Origin: Macrostomum lignano
Lineage: Eukaryota
NCBI GenBank assembly: GCA_002269645.1
Contig: NIVC01000413.1
Coordinates: 186,001 to 250,000 of the forward strand
Reading direction: 5' to 3'
Length of the DNA stretch: 64,000 nt
Shown: one piece after another, positions 36,990 to 49,692 of the stretch
How the letters are laid out: every line of letters begins with the position of its first letter
Numbering within the stretch: the first letter of the stretch is position 1
The notes under the pieces: model-generated
Told to the model about the DNA's origin: nothing
Seen by the model: the letters and a program-made list of their open reading frames with translations, nothing else
Databases searched by the model: none
Position numbers and translations under genes: made by a program

Positions 36990-37820
36990 CTCGAGCTTAA
37001 ACGAAGATTCGAAGATTCGAGCTTAAATGAAGATTCGAAGATTCGAGCTTAAATGAAGATTCGAAGATTCCAGCTTAAATGAAGATTCGAAGATTCAAGC
37101 TTAAATTAAGATTCAAAGATTCGAGCTTAAATGAAGATTCGAAGATTCGAGCCTAAATGAAGATTCGAAGATTCGGGCTTAAATAAAGATTCGAAGATTC
37201 GAGCTTAAATGAAGATTCGAAGATTCGGGCTTAAATAAAGATTCGAAGATTCGAGCTTAAATGAAGATTCGAAGATTCGGGCTTAAATAAAGATTCGGGC
37301 TTAAATGAAGATTCGGGCTTAAATGAAGATTCGGGCTTAAATGAAGATTCGGGTTTAAATGAAGATTCGAAGATTCGGGCTTAAATAAAGATTCGAAGAT
37401 TCGAGCTTAAATGAAGATTCGAAGATTCGGGCTTAAATGAAGATTCGGGCTTAAATGAAGATTCGGGCTTAAATGAAGATTCGGGCTTAAATGAAGATTC
37501 GGGCTTAAATGAAGATTCGAAGATTCGGGCTTAAATGAAGATTCGAAGATTCGGGCTTAAATGAAGATTCGAAGATTCGGGCTTAAATGAAGATTCGAAG
37601 ATTCGGGCTTAAATGAAGATTCGAAGATTCGGGCTTAAATGAAGATTCGAAGATTCGGGCTTAAATGAAGTTTCGAAGATTCGGGCTTAAATGAAGATTC
37701 GGGCTTAAATGAAGATTCGGGCTTAAATGAAGATTCGGGCTTAAATGAAGATTTGGGCTTAAATGAAGATTCGGGCTTAAATGAAGATTCGAGCTTAAAT
37801 GAAGCTTCGAAGATTCCAGC
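36990..37820. repeat. 18/26-bp intronic minisatellite gaagattc(gaagattc)gggcttaaat
   Basis: Visible array. Confidence 0.95.
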
Positions 37821-38046
37821 TTAAAAAATGAAGAATCGAATATTCGAGCCTAATTGAAGCTCCGAATTTATAAAATTTCGAGCTTGTAAAACGCTTAAAA
37901 CAGCTGTAATAACGCACAGAAGACATGAAAAATATTCAGTCATCTTGAAACTCGCAATCGCAAGACTGCAAATAGGCATCGCCATGGCTACGGTAAACAC
38001 TACTACTAGTAGTAGCGGCAGCGGATGCAGTAGCAAAATAACGCAC

Positions 38047-38472
38047 CTGAACTCTCTGCTGGCTGGCCAGCTGATGCAGCCGGGCCTCCACCTGGGCCAG
38101 CTTCCGCTCAGCTGCATCCCGCTGCTCGTCGGCTCGTTCAGCCCGCTGGCGCAGACCGCCGCCTTCGGTCTCCAGGCGGGCGCAGCGGAGCCACAGTTCG
38201 CGGACCCGATGCCGCTCGGATTCCAGCGATTCGGCCAGAGCCTGAGCCGAGGCTCGTTCGCGTTGCAATGCAGCTCGAACCTCGTTTAGCTGCTGCTCGC
38301 CTCTGTCTAGCGAGTCGCGCAGGCGTTCGGCTTCAGCTTCGGCTCGCTGACGGTGCCGCTTGTGCAGGTCGCATTCGCGAGCGGCGCCGGCCAGTTTGAT
38401 TCGTTCGGCTTCCAGCACCGAGCGGCAGTCTTGCAGCTTCTGGCGCTCCGCGTCCAGTGCGGTGCGAAGGCT
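38047..38472 (-). CDS. PCNT: Pericentrin/AKAP9-like, coiled-coil exon
   Basis: ctcaccag|AGC CTT (phase 0) to GTT CAG|gtgcgt (phase 0); SLRTALDAERQKL...SQQRVQ. Confidence 0.85.
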
Positions 38473-38539
38473 CTGGTGAGGGATGGGGCGGGGTTGAAGC
38501 TGGGTCAGGTTGGTGAGTCAAGTGACTAAGTGAGTCATT

Positions 38540-38960
38540 TAAGGTCAGGTAGGTTATTTAAGGTCAGGTCAGGTATGTTATTTAGGTCAGGTAAGGTAGG
38601 TAATTTAAGGTCAAGCAGGTTATTTAAGGTCAAGCAGGTTATTTAAGGTCAAGCAGGTTATTTAAGGTCAAGCAGGTTATTTAAGGTCAGGTCAGGTATG
38701 TTATTTAGGTCAGGTAAGGTAGGTCATTTAAGGTCAGGTCAGGCAGGTTATTTAAGGCCAGGTAAGTTATTAAGGTCAGGTCAGTAGGCTACTCAAGGTC
38801 AAGGAGATTATTTAAGTTGTTTAAGGTCATTTTAGGTTATGCAAGATGAATGTAGGCTATACAGGTTAAGTTGCTTTGATGTCAGAGGTTTCTTTCAAGG
38901 TCAGGGTAGATTGAAGTCAGCAAAGGTTATTTAAGGTCGGATAGGTAAATAAAGGTCAAG
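38540..38960. repeat. Degenerate intronic repeat aggttatttaaggtc
   Basis: About 19-bp unit. Confidence 0.8.
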
Positions 38961-39028
38961 GTTGGGCCAATCAGTACAGATTAAAACTTAAAGAGGTCAT
39001 TATTTAGACTCATAACGCCGCAGCATAC

Positions 39029-39185
39029 CTGTGCACCGCCACCAGAGCCTGTTTCAGAGTGCTTAGTCGTCTGCCTGTACCGAAACTGTTCCAGCTCAGA
39101 TTCCAGCCTCTGAACCTCATCGGATCGACTCTCTAGAGCTGACTTGAGACGCGTATTGCCTCGCTGCTCCTGCTCTAAGGCGTCT
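39029..39185 (-). CDS. PCNT: Pericentrin/AKAP9-like exon (not in ORF track)
   Basis: tttacag|A GAC GCC TTA GAG (phase 2) to GCA CAG|gtatgc (phase 0); RDALEQEQRGNTRLKSALE... Confidence 0.85.
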
Positions 39186-39942
39186 CTGTAAATTAGTTAG
39201 GAAAATGCAGAATAAGCAGTAATGAACTGCTAGAGTGCGAATGACCTTGCTCTGACGGTCTAATTTTGAGGAAAAAACCCACAATTTTCGGTAAAAAAAT
39301 CGGGATGACAAAAAAAGACAGTGATCAAAATAAATCGTGCGCAAGCGATACTACTTGTACTATTCGACGCGACGAGTAGTAGTATGAAAGGGGTTAATAT
39401 CTATAAAAAGACGCACTGGTGACTAGACTATTAGGCAAATCATTGGGGCAATGAATCACATGCGCACTTGCAATTAGCCTTAAAGCTCATACACCTTTGT
39501 AAGTGATATTCTTGCATAGCAATTTAAATAAATACAAAAAGACTCATTTTGCTACTTACAGTAGATCTCGAACTGTTAAACTGTAAATAATTTAATCGGT
39601 GGTGTATAAGTTCAAGAATGAAATTAGATAATAGAAAACTACAAATAGAATAATAAATTAAGACACGAGTCCACCACATCGTCTAGGAATTCAGGCTTTA
39701 CAATTTGAATAGGCGAATAACTCAAATGATAGCTATAGCTAACAATATTTTAGAAGATAGTCATGAAGGTATAAATAAAAACCGGTTCTCAGGACAATAT
39801 TCAATAACAAACAAAAACAACCCACCGATATGTATCGAAAAAATAAAATCGACAATCCGGTATGTATTGGTAAAGAAGACACGTCGAATTACCGATATGT
39901 ATCGAAATAAACTATATAGAGCGGATTTTTCCATTAACAAAC

Positions 39943-40277
39943 CTAAGTGTTGCGCAGGAGTTCTGCTCCATGCGCAGGTCCTCCCTCAGCCGGTCCAGTT
40001 CGGCCTCGCGAACGGCCAGCGCCTGTCGAATTCGCTCCGAATCGGCGCTACTTCGTTCCAGTCGAGCTTCGGCTTCAGCCAGACGATGACGTTCGCGGTC
40101 GAGAGCGGCGGCCAGCTCTGCAGCGGCAGTGTCGGACTGGCCGGCGCGGCGAGACACGGCGTCCAGCCGCTGCGCCAGCTGGGTCTCCTCGCGCCGTCGT
40201 GAATCTGCGCCGCGCTCTGCTTCGGCTAGGCGTCGGCGTAAACGGCGCGTCTCTTCGACCAGAACGTGCCGGTCAGC
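39943..40277 (-). CDS. PCNT: Pericentrin/AKAP9-like exon
   Basis: ccccgcag|GCT GAC CGG (ADRHVLVEE) to CTT AG|gtttgt (phase 2). Confidence 0.85.
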
Positions 40278-40369
40278 CTGCGGGGTCAATTGAAGGTCGA
40301 ATGATCTAAAATGATCCTTAACGATTAAGGGTGGTCCATCACGATCTATTCAATATGATGCAGGCTCAA

Positions 40370-41135
40370 AACGACCAATATGACCCGAAATGAGCAACGA
40401 TGACCCGAAATGAGCAACGATGACCCGAAATGAGCAACGATGACCCGAAACGACCGATTATGACCCAAAACGACCGATGATGACCTGAAAAGACCGATGA
40501 TGACCCAAAACGACCGATGATGACCTGAAAAGACCGATGATGACCCAAAACGACCGATGATGACCTGAAAAGACCGATGATGACCCGAAACGACCGATGA
40601 TGACTCAAAACGACCGATAATGACCCAAAACGACCCATGATGACCCAATACGACCCATGATGATCTACAAAGACCCATGATGACCCAAGACGACCTGATT
40701 AATGATGACCCAAAACGACCGATGACCCAAAACGACCCATGATGACCCAATACGACCCATGATGACCCAAAACGACCCATGATGACCCAAAACGACCCAT
40801 GATGACCCAATACGACCCATGATGACCCAATACGACCCATGATGACCCAAAACGACCCATGATGACCCAAAACGACCCATGACGACCCAAAACGACCCAT
40901 GATGACCCAAAACAACCCATGATGACCCGAAACGACCGATTATGACCCAAAACGACCGATGATGACCCGAAACAACCCATGATGACCCGAAACGACCCAT
41001 TATGACCCAAGAAGACCTGATTAATGATGACCCAAAACGCTCAATATAATGACCCAAAACGCCCAATATAATGACCCAAAACTCCCAATATGAGGACAAA
41101 AAACGCCCAATATGATGACTTAAAAAGCCCAAATG
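40370..41135. repeat. 20-bp intronic minisatellite gacccatgatgacccaaaac
   Basis: About 35 copies. Confidence 0.95.
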
Positions 41136-41179
41136 ATGACACAGAATTACAATAGATAATCAAACTAAAGCCACCTCAC

Positions 41180-41725
41180 CTGATGCAGCCGCTCCAGGCT
41201 GGCCCGCTGATCCAAGGCCAGCTGTTCCAGCCTAGCCGAATCTACTCGGATCGCCGAGACGCCGGCGGCAGCAGCAGCGGCGGCCGCGGCCTCCTCCGGC
41301 GACGTGGCGGCCAGTCGGTGGGCCCTGGCCGAGGCCACAGCGGCAGCGCGCTCCTCGGTGAACAGCCGGTGCACGCAGGCTAGCAGGGCTTCGCGCCAGC
41401 TGTCGTCGTAGTCGCCGCCGCCGCCGCCTGCGCCGCCAACGTTGGCAAAGTCGTCAACAGCGTCGCCGTCGTGACCGTCGCCTTCCGTTCGCGATTTGGC
41501 CGCGGCAGCCAAGGCGGCTTTCAAAGCGTCGATGGTGGCCAGGAGAGCGTCTTTCTCGGCCCGCCAAGCGGCCAGCAGGCGGCTCTGGTGGTATCTGTAG
41601 GATTCCCCGTGGGCTTCAGAGTGTTCCCACTGCTGATGGAGATGATGCTCGTGGTGCTCGTGCCGATGATGGTGGCTGAAGCTGATCAGCTGGAGTCCGG
41701 CATCGGATGCTCGGCGGATTAGCGA
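41180..41725 (-). CDS. PCNT: Pericentrin/AKAP9-like exon with conserved motifs
   Basis: ccttacag|TCG CTA to CAT CAG|gtgagg. WRAEKDALLATIDALK and DSWREALLACVHRLFTEER resemble motifs of the AKAP9/PCNT C-terminal region. Confidence 0.85.
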
Positions 41726-41759
41726 CTGTAAGGATTAATTGGATTGAAGCAGACTATCA

Positions 41760-42180
41760 TGTGATTAGCGGTTTTTACAGCGAATTATCAAGGGATTATC
41801 GGTTTTTATAGCAAATTATCAATGGATTAGCGGTTTCTAAAGTGGATTATCAAGGAATCATCTGTTTTTATGGCGGATTAACAAGGGATTAGCGGTTTTT
41901 TTAAGTGGATTTTCAAGGGATTAGCGGTTTCCAAAGCGCATTATCAATGGGTTACAGTTTTTAAGTGAATTATTGAGGGATTAGCGGATTATCAAGGGCT
42001 TATCGGTTTTTATAGCGGATTATCAAGGGATTAGCGGTTTTAAAAGTGGATTAATAAGGGATTAACGGCTTTAAGCGGATAAATGAGGGATTAGCGGTTT
42101 TAAGCGGGTAAATAAGGGATTAGCGGTTTTGAAAGCAGATAATCAAGGGATTAGTGATTTTTGTAAGCGGATTAGCGGTT
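41760..42180. repeat. Degenerate intronic repeat gcggattatcaagggattagcggttttt
   Basis: About 30-bp unit. Confidence 0.8.
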
Positions 42181-42285
42181 TTCAAAGAATGTCAGAAGAT
42201 TAACAGTTGCTAAGCACAGTATCAAGGAACTAGCTGTTAAAAATCACACTGAAATCAATCAATGGCAGCTCCACCGCCCACCCAC

Positions 42286-42756
42286 CTGAACATTAGTGGG
42301 CAGGTCGTCGCCTCCCTCAGCCTGGGCGTCAACCGCGGCGGCTCCGGAAGCGGATTCGTCAACAACTGTGCCGCCGCCAGCCCGCTGCTGCTGCTCGTCA
42401 CCGACGGCGCCCGAGCCGGTGGGCGTCATCCGGCGCCCGACAACGCCAACGTTGGCGTCTTCGGCACCGCGAGGCGGCGACCGCGGCACCTGCCGGCTGC
42501 TCAGCTGCTCTCGAAGGCGGTCCCGCTCGTCTCTCGCCTCGTCTCGCTCGGCGCTGAGCGCCTTCAGCCGAGCGTGCAGGGTGTCGGCGTCGCCGCGGCT
42601 GGACAGCAGCTCGCGCTGATTGGCCGAATCTCGAGCTTCGAGTTCGGCAATTAGAGAGCGGAGTTGGCCAATTTCGGTGTTTACCGATTCCAGCTCGGAT
42701 TCCAGTTGGGATTTCTCCTCGCTTAGGACTGAGGCTGTGGATCTCAGCTGGCTCAC
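42286..42756 (-). CDS. PCNT: Pericentrin/AKAP9-like exon
   Basis: ctccgcag|GTG AGC CAG (phase 0) to GTT CAG|gtgggt (phase 0). Confidence 0.85.
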
Positions 42757-42889
42757 CTGCGGAGTTAGTGGGCTGCTCCTAGTAACCGAATGCAACTCAT
42801 AACCCACCGAGTTTTTGTCGTAACACGCCTTTCTGTTCTATCCTAACCACCCTATGGTTTTAGACATGGTTCTTACATACAACTGTTCT

Positions 42890-44050
42890 TAACCGAATCC
42901 TAAAACCTGATCTAAACCCAATCCTAAAACCTGATCTAAACCCCATCCTAAAACCTGATCTAAACCCAATCCTAAAGCCTGATCTAAACCCAATCCTAAA
43001 ACTTGATCTAAACCCAATCCTAAAACCTGATCTAAACCCCATCCTAAAACCTGATCTAAACCCCATCCTAAAACCTGATCTAAACCCAATCCTAAAACCT
43101 GATCTAAACCCAATCCTAAAACCTGATCTAAACCCAATCCTAAAACCTGATCTAAACCCAATCCTAAAACCTGATCTAAACAGCATCCTAAAACCTGATC
43201 TAAACCCCATCCTAAAACCTGATCTAAACCCAATCCTAAAGCCTGATCTAAACCCAATCCTAAAACCTGATCTAAACCCAATCCTAAAGCCTGATCTAAA
43301 CCCAATCCTAAAACTTGATCTAAACCCAATCCTAAAACCTGATCTAAACCCCATCCTAAAACCTGATCTAAACCCAATCATAAAACCTGATCTAAACCCA
43401 ATCCTAAAACCTGATCTAAACCCCATCCTAAAACCTGATCTAAACAGCATCCTAAAACCTGATCTAAACCCCATCCTAAAACCTGATCTAAACCCAATCC
43501 TAAAGCCTGATCTAAACCCAATCCTAAAACCTGATCTAAACCCAATCCTAAAACCTGATCTAAACCCAATCCTAAAACCTGATCTAAACCCAATCCTAAA
43601 ACCTGATCTAAACCCAATCCTAAAGCCTGATCTAAACCCAATCCTAAAACTTGATCTAAACCCAATCCTAAAACCTGATCCTAAACAGCATCCTAAAACC
43701 TGATCCTAAACAGCATCCTAAAACCTGATCTAAACCCAATCCTAAAACCTGATCCTAAACAGCATCCTAAAACCTGATCTAAACCCAATCCTAAAACCTG
43801 ATCCTAAACAGCATCCTAAAACCTGATCCTAAACAGCATCCTAAAACCTGATCTAAACCCAATCCTAAAACCTGATCTAAACCCAATCCTAAAGCCTGAT
43901 CTAAACCCAATCCTAAAACCTGATCTAAACCCAATCCTAAAACCTGATCTAAACCCAATCCTAAAACCTGATCTAAACCCAATCCTAAAACCTGATCTAA
44001 ACTAAATCCTAAAACCTGATCCTAAACAGCATCCAAAAACCTGATCTAAA
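42890..44050. repeat. 24-bp intronic minisatellite aaacccaatcctaaaacctgatct
   Basis: About 48 copies. Confidence 0.97.
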
Positions 44051-44098
44051 CCCACTCTACATCTAAATAAGAACCAAATAAACACCCAGCAGGCTCGC

Positions 44099-44617
44099 CT
44101 CCTCATTCAGACTGGCGCAGTCCCTGGCCCTGGCCTCCAGATCGAGCGTCAGTCGAGCGACCTCTTCGCCAGCAGAGGCGCTGGCAGCCTCAGCCTTGGC
44201 CACAGCAGCCGCTGACTGCTCCTGCATCTCTCTGATATTAGAAGACTCAGACTGACTTGAGCTGACTGAGGCGGCATTGAGCCGGTCTCTAAGCCGGTCA
44301 TTCTCTTCTCTAAGCCGTTCCAATTCCGCCTCGAGACGGGTGAGCTCAGCCTGCGACTGGGCTGCGGAACTCTCGTACCGGTTCAATTCGAATCGAATCC
44401 GTTCGATTTCTTCTTGTTTAACAATTAGGCGAGCTCTCAGCTCCTCAATATCTGTATTGTTGTTCGAGTTGTTGTTGTTGTTGTTTCGGTTCGAGTTCGC
44501 TTCTACTGGTGTCGCTGTTGCGAGGGCATCGGCAGCTTCGCTCTCGAGGACTTCCAATTCTTGTTGTCGTTCGGTCAGCATCGCTTCAACAGTGTCGAAG
44601 TCGGTCTGCAGCTGCTG
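44099..44617 (-). CDS. PCNT: Pericentrin/AKAP9-like exon ending at a GC donor
   Basis: ttccttctag|CAG CAG CTG (phase 0) to GAG GAG|gcgagc (phase 0). Confidence 0.8.
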
Positions 44618-44764
44618 CTAGAAGGAAAAATTCACAGACAATAATTGGTTATTGGTTTTTTCTGTTGACTAAACGTCGTATACACAAAATATAAAACAAC
44701 AATGAAGATTTAATAAGTTTTTTCTCACAAGACTTTAAAACTAAAGTAGGCTTGTAAGCTGCTT

Positions 44765-45775
44765 GAATCTGCCTCTCTGCTCCCTCAGTGCTTGAGAATC
44801 TGCCTCTCCGCTCTCCCTCAGTGCTTGAGAATCTGCCTCTCTGCTATCCCTCAGTGCTTGAGAATCTGCCTCTCTGCTATCCCTCAGTGCTTGAGAATCT
44901 GCCTCTCTGCTATCCCTCAGTGCTTGAGAATCTGCCTCTCTGCTATCCCTCAGTGCTTGAGAATCTGCCTCTCCGCTCTCCCTCAGTGCTTGAGAATCTG
45001 CCTCTCTGCTATCCCTCAGTGCTTGAGAATCTGCCTCTCTGCTATCCCTCAGTGCTTGAGAATCTGCCTCTCTGCTATCCCTCAGTGCTTGAGAATCTGC
45101 CTCTCTGCTATCCCTCAGTGCTTGAGAATCTGCCTCTCTGCTATCCCTCAGTGCTTGAGAATCTGACTCTCTGCTATCCCTCAGTGCTTGAGAATCTGCC
45201 TCTCTGCTATCCCTCAGTGCTTGAGAATCTGCCTCTCTGCTATCCCTCAGTGCTTGAGAATCTGCCTCTCCGCTCTCCCTCAGTGCTTGAGAATCTGCCT
45301 CTCTGCTATCCCTCAGTGCTTGAGAATCTGCCTCTCTGCTATCCCTCAGTGCTTGAGAATCTGCCTCTCTGCTATCCCTCAGTGCTTGAGAATCTGCCTC
45401 TCCGCTCTCCCTCAGTGCTTGAGAATCTGCCTCTCTGCTATCCCTCAGTGCTTGAGAATCTGCCTCTCTGCTATCCCTCAGTGCTTGAGAATCTGCCTCT
45501 CTGCTATCCCTCAGTGCTTGAGAATCTGCCTCTCTGCTATCCCTCAGTGCTTGAGAATCTGCCTCTCTGCTATCCCTCAGTGCTTGAGAATCTGCCTCTC
45601 TGCTATCCCTCAGTGCTTGAGAATCTGCCTCTCCGCTCTCCCTCAGTGTTTGAGAATCTGCCTCTCTGCTATCCCTCAGTGCTTGAGAATCTGCCTCTCT
45701 GCTATCCCTCAGTGCTTGAGAATCTGCCTCTCTGCTATCCCTCAGTGCTTGAGAATCTGCCTCTCCGCTCAGAAT
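44765..45775. repeat. 33-bp minisatellite (minus strand gcactgagggatagcagagaggcagattctcaa), possibly coding
   Basis: 29 full units encoding ALRDSREADSQ or ALRESGEADSQ in the gene's frame. Confidence 0.97.
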
Positions 45776-46204
45776 CTGCCAATTAAAATAATCCAAGCGT
45801 TGCGGTACGTACGATAAATGTGTGCATAAATTGACATTAAATATGAAGTGGACAGTAAAGCAAATTCTCAAGTACGTGAAATTATAAGGACGAGCATCGT
45901 AAGGCAGAAAAGATGTTGAATCAAAATAAGAGCAAAAGTCTTCTATCGGCAATAGCAGAGACGAAAAGAACGCATTAAGAAACCAGTATTAGATAGGCTG
46001 TACTAATCAACTGCCATAGGCACACGCATAGCAACACAAATTACCTGATCCGTCAAATTATTATTCACCGTTTTAGGATCATTCCAATTGTTGTCTCTGC
46101 TCTGCTGCTAGCACAAAATTGTTAGCATTGCAAGTTGAATTAGATGATACTGTAGACATAGCAAAATCAATATTCAACTGGGCGGAGACATAATTTGACG
46201 AAAG

Positions 46205-46762
<558 letters not shown>

Positions 46763-46795
46763 GATGCAGCCCAAAAAGCGGCCCAGACAGCTCAC

Positions 46796-47239
46796 CTGTT
46801 GCCTATTAAGGCTGGCCACTTCTCTCTCCAGCAGCTCAGCTCTGACTCGCATCTCCTCAAGCTCAGCATCTTTATCAATAATTCTCTGTTCCAATTCGTC
46901 AACTAATTGCAATCTGGCCGAAGATTCCGAATCGAAAACTGTTTCCATAGCAACCGATTTAGCATCGGCTCCGCTAGCTACGGTAGCCGTGATAGTAGCC
47001 GCTTCCGCTGTGTCAACAAATTCGGTCTGACTGTCAATCGTGACGGCAGACGATCGCTGGTGATGAAGCTCGCTTTCGAGTTTGAGTCGGTCAGCCTCCA
47101 GCTGAGCTGCGCGCTCCATCAGGTCGGACAACTCGGCGTTAAGTCGGGAGATCTCGGCGGATTGTCGCTCGGTTTCGGCGTCCCGCTCGGCCAGGGCACG
47201 GGTGTGCGATTCGAGGTCCACGGATGAGCTGCTGGAGTC
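46796..47239 (-). CDS. PCNT: Pericentrin/AKAP9-like exon
   Basis: cctcccag|GAC TCC AGC (phase 0) to CAA CAG|gtgagc (phase 0). Confidence 0.85.
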
Positions 47240-47282
47240 CTGGGAGGTGGGGAGAATGACACTGTTTTAGACGATAAAAGGA

Positions 47283-47682
47283 AGACAGGCAGGTGAGAAG
47301 GGAGAGACTGGCAGGTGAGAAGGGAGAGACAGGCAGGTGAGAAGGGAGAGACAGGCAGGTGAGAAGGGAGAGAAAGGCAGGTGAGAAGGGAGAGACAGGC
47401 AGGTGAGAAAGGAGAGACAGGCAGGTGAGAAGGGAGAGACAGGCAGGTGAGAAGGGAGAGACAGGCAGGTGAGAAGGGAGATACAGGCAGGTGAGAAGGG
47501 AGAGACAGGCAGGTGAGAAGGGAGATACAGGCAGGTGAGAAGGGAGATACAGGCAGGTGAGAAGGGAGAGACTGGCAGGTGAAAAGGGAGAGACAGGCAG
47601 GTGAGAAGGGAGAGACAGGCAGGTGAGAAGGGAGACTGGCAGGTGGGAAGGGAGAGACTGGCAGGTGAGAAGGGAGAGACAG
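47283..47682. repeat. 22-bp intronic minisatellite acaggcaggtgagaagggagag
   Basis: About 18 copies. Confidence 0.95.
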
Positions 47683-47750
47683 AGGAAATGTCAGATCTTC
47701 GTAGAGGTGGCGGTAGATGGGGAGATGCAGTGCAGAGAAGTTCAGCATAC

Positions 47751-48255
47751 CTCCAGCTGCTGGCAGCGCACTCTGAACTCCTCAGCCCGAGATGAAGCTT
47801 CAGCCAGTTCCTGCCGCAGCTTCCGCACCAGCTGCTGATCTTCGGTATCGCCGCCGCCGCTGGAAGCTGTCACCACAGTTGTCAACTCCGTCGTGCCGCC
47901 TTCGCACGTAACGGTAGTGGCGTTTGTGCTGCTAGCGGGAGAATGATGACTATTATTATTGTTATTATTATTATAGCTGGCCTGAAATTCAACCAGTTTC
48001 GAATTGGCGTCGCTCAGTGCAGCTTCGGCCGCGTCGCGAGCCTCTCGGGCCGCCTGGGCTTCGGCGCGCAGCTCGTCGAGGTCGCGTTGAGCGGCGTCGC
48101 CATGACGACGGCGGGAATCGACTTCGCCGCGCAGAGCGGAATTCTCTTGCAGCTGTCGAACGTATTGACGCTGCAGTTCGTCTTTGTCATTGGACAGGTC
48201 TTCCAGCTCTTTGTTCAGGCTGGACACTTCGCGGCGAAGACCGTCGCGTTCCTCC
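47751..48255 (-). CDS. PCNT: Pericentrin/AKAP9-like exon
   Basis: attgtcag|G GAG GAA CGC (phase 2) to CTG GAG|gtatgc (phase 0). Confidence 0.85.
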
Positions 48256-48404
48256 CTGACAATGTGTTGATTATGATTTATTATTAACTTAACATTAAAT
48301 TAAACTATTTTATTCACTATGTTCTTAGATAGTCAGGTATACTTTAAGGTCTAACCGCATCCAATTAAAGAATTCAAAACCAAACCAACCAGACATTCAA
48401 GCTT

Positions 48405-49075
48405 CTAGCCAATCAAAAACTGCCAAGCCTCCGTCTAATCAAAAACCATTAAGCTTCCAGCCAATCAGAAACCATTATGCTTCCAGCCAATCAGAAACCA
48501 TTATGCTTCCAGCCAATCAGAAATCATTGCTTTCAGCCAATAATAATCCATTAAGCTACCAGCCAATCAGAATTCAGTAAGTCTCCAGCCAATCACAGTA
48601 TACTAAATCTCCAAGTTAGAAACTATTATGCTTCCAGACAATCAGAAACCAGTATATGCTTCCAGCCAATCATAACCCATTAAACTTCTAGCCAATCAGA
48701 AATCATTGACTTCAAACAATCAGACACCAATAAGCCTCTATCAAATCAGAAATTAACCAGCCGATAGGAATATATTAATCCTTACGCTAATTAGAATCCA
48801 TTAATCATCCAGCCAATCAGAATATATTAATTGTCCAGCCAATCAGAATCTATTAATCCTCCAGCCAATCAGAATCTATTAATCCTCCAGCCAATCAGAA
48901 TCTATTAATCCTCCAGCCAATTAGAATCTATTAATAGTCCAGCCAATTAGAATCTATTAATAGTCCAGCCAATCAGAATATATTAATCCTCCAGCCAATC
49001 AGAATCTATTAATCCTCCAGCCAATCAGAATCAATAAAGCCTCCAGCTAATCAGAAGCATTATAGCTTTCAGAAA
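48405..49075. repeat. Intronic CCAAT-core repeat (ccagccaatcagaa...), about 26-bp unit
   Basis: More than 20 agccaatcagaa-like cores. Confidence 0.9.
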
Positions 49076-49097
49076 CCCAATTAAAAATGACTCATAC

Positions 49098-49581
49098 CTA
49101 TCAGCGCTAGCTTCAGCCTGCAGTTTTTGCAGTTGCAACCGCAACTCCTTCAAGCTCTCTATTCGACCACTCAGGCCTCCAGTTTCTCCTCCATCATCGC
49201 CATCCAGATCGTCTTCGACGCCAACTTTAGCGTCGACAGCCTGAGCGGCAGCGGCGACGGCGGCAGCTGCCGACGATCTCAACTCTTTGGCCTTGTCGTT
49301 GAGTCGCTGAATTTCGGCTTGGAATTCTTCTCGTTCTGTTTCTCGCTCGGCGATTTGCTCTTCAACGAAGCGCTGCTTCTTCTTCAACTGGGCGTCGAGT
49401 GCGCGCAACTGCTGGCAGAGGTCCTCTTTTTCGGCCTGGAGTTGCTCCTGCTCAGCCTCGTGCTGTTGCTGCTGCGTCTCGGCCTGGGCTAGTAGGGACT
49501 CGTGCTCGGCTGATTTTCGATTTAGCTGAGACTCGAGCTCGCGACGAGCTTCAGTTAGAGCTAGGTTGGATTCCAGCAGCT
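49098..49581 (-). CDS. PCNT: Pericentrin/AKAP9-like exon
   Basis: catttccag|AG CTG CTG (phase 1) to GAT AG|gtatga (phase 2); contains LKKKQRFVEEQIAERETEREEFQAEI. Confidence 0.85.
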
Positions 49582-49692
49582 CTGGAAATGGGAATTTTTC
49601 ATTAACATCTGAATGGGGAATTTTCCATTAAACATCTGAAAGGGATTTGTCTGTTGAACATTCGAATGGAAATTAGATAATATTCTACTCAC

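Noticed and set aside
42860-43982. GFRS and GLDQVL ORFs
   Set aside because: Frames of the 24-bp intronic array; several frames are open and frameshifted.
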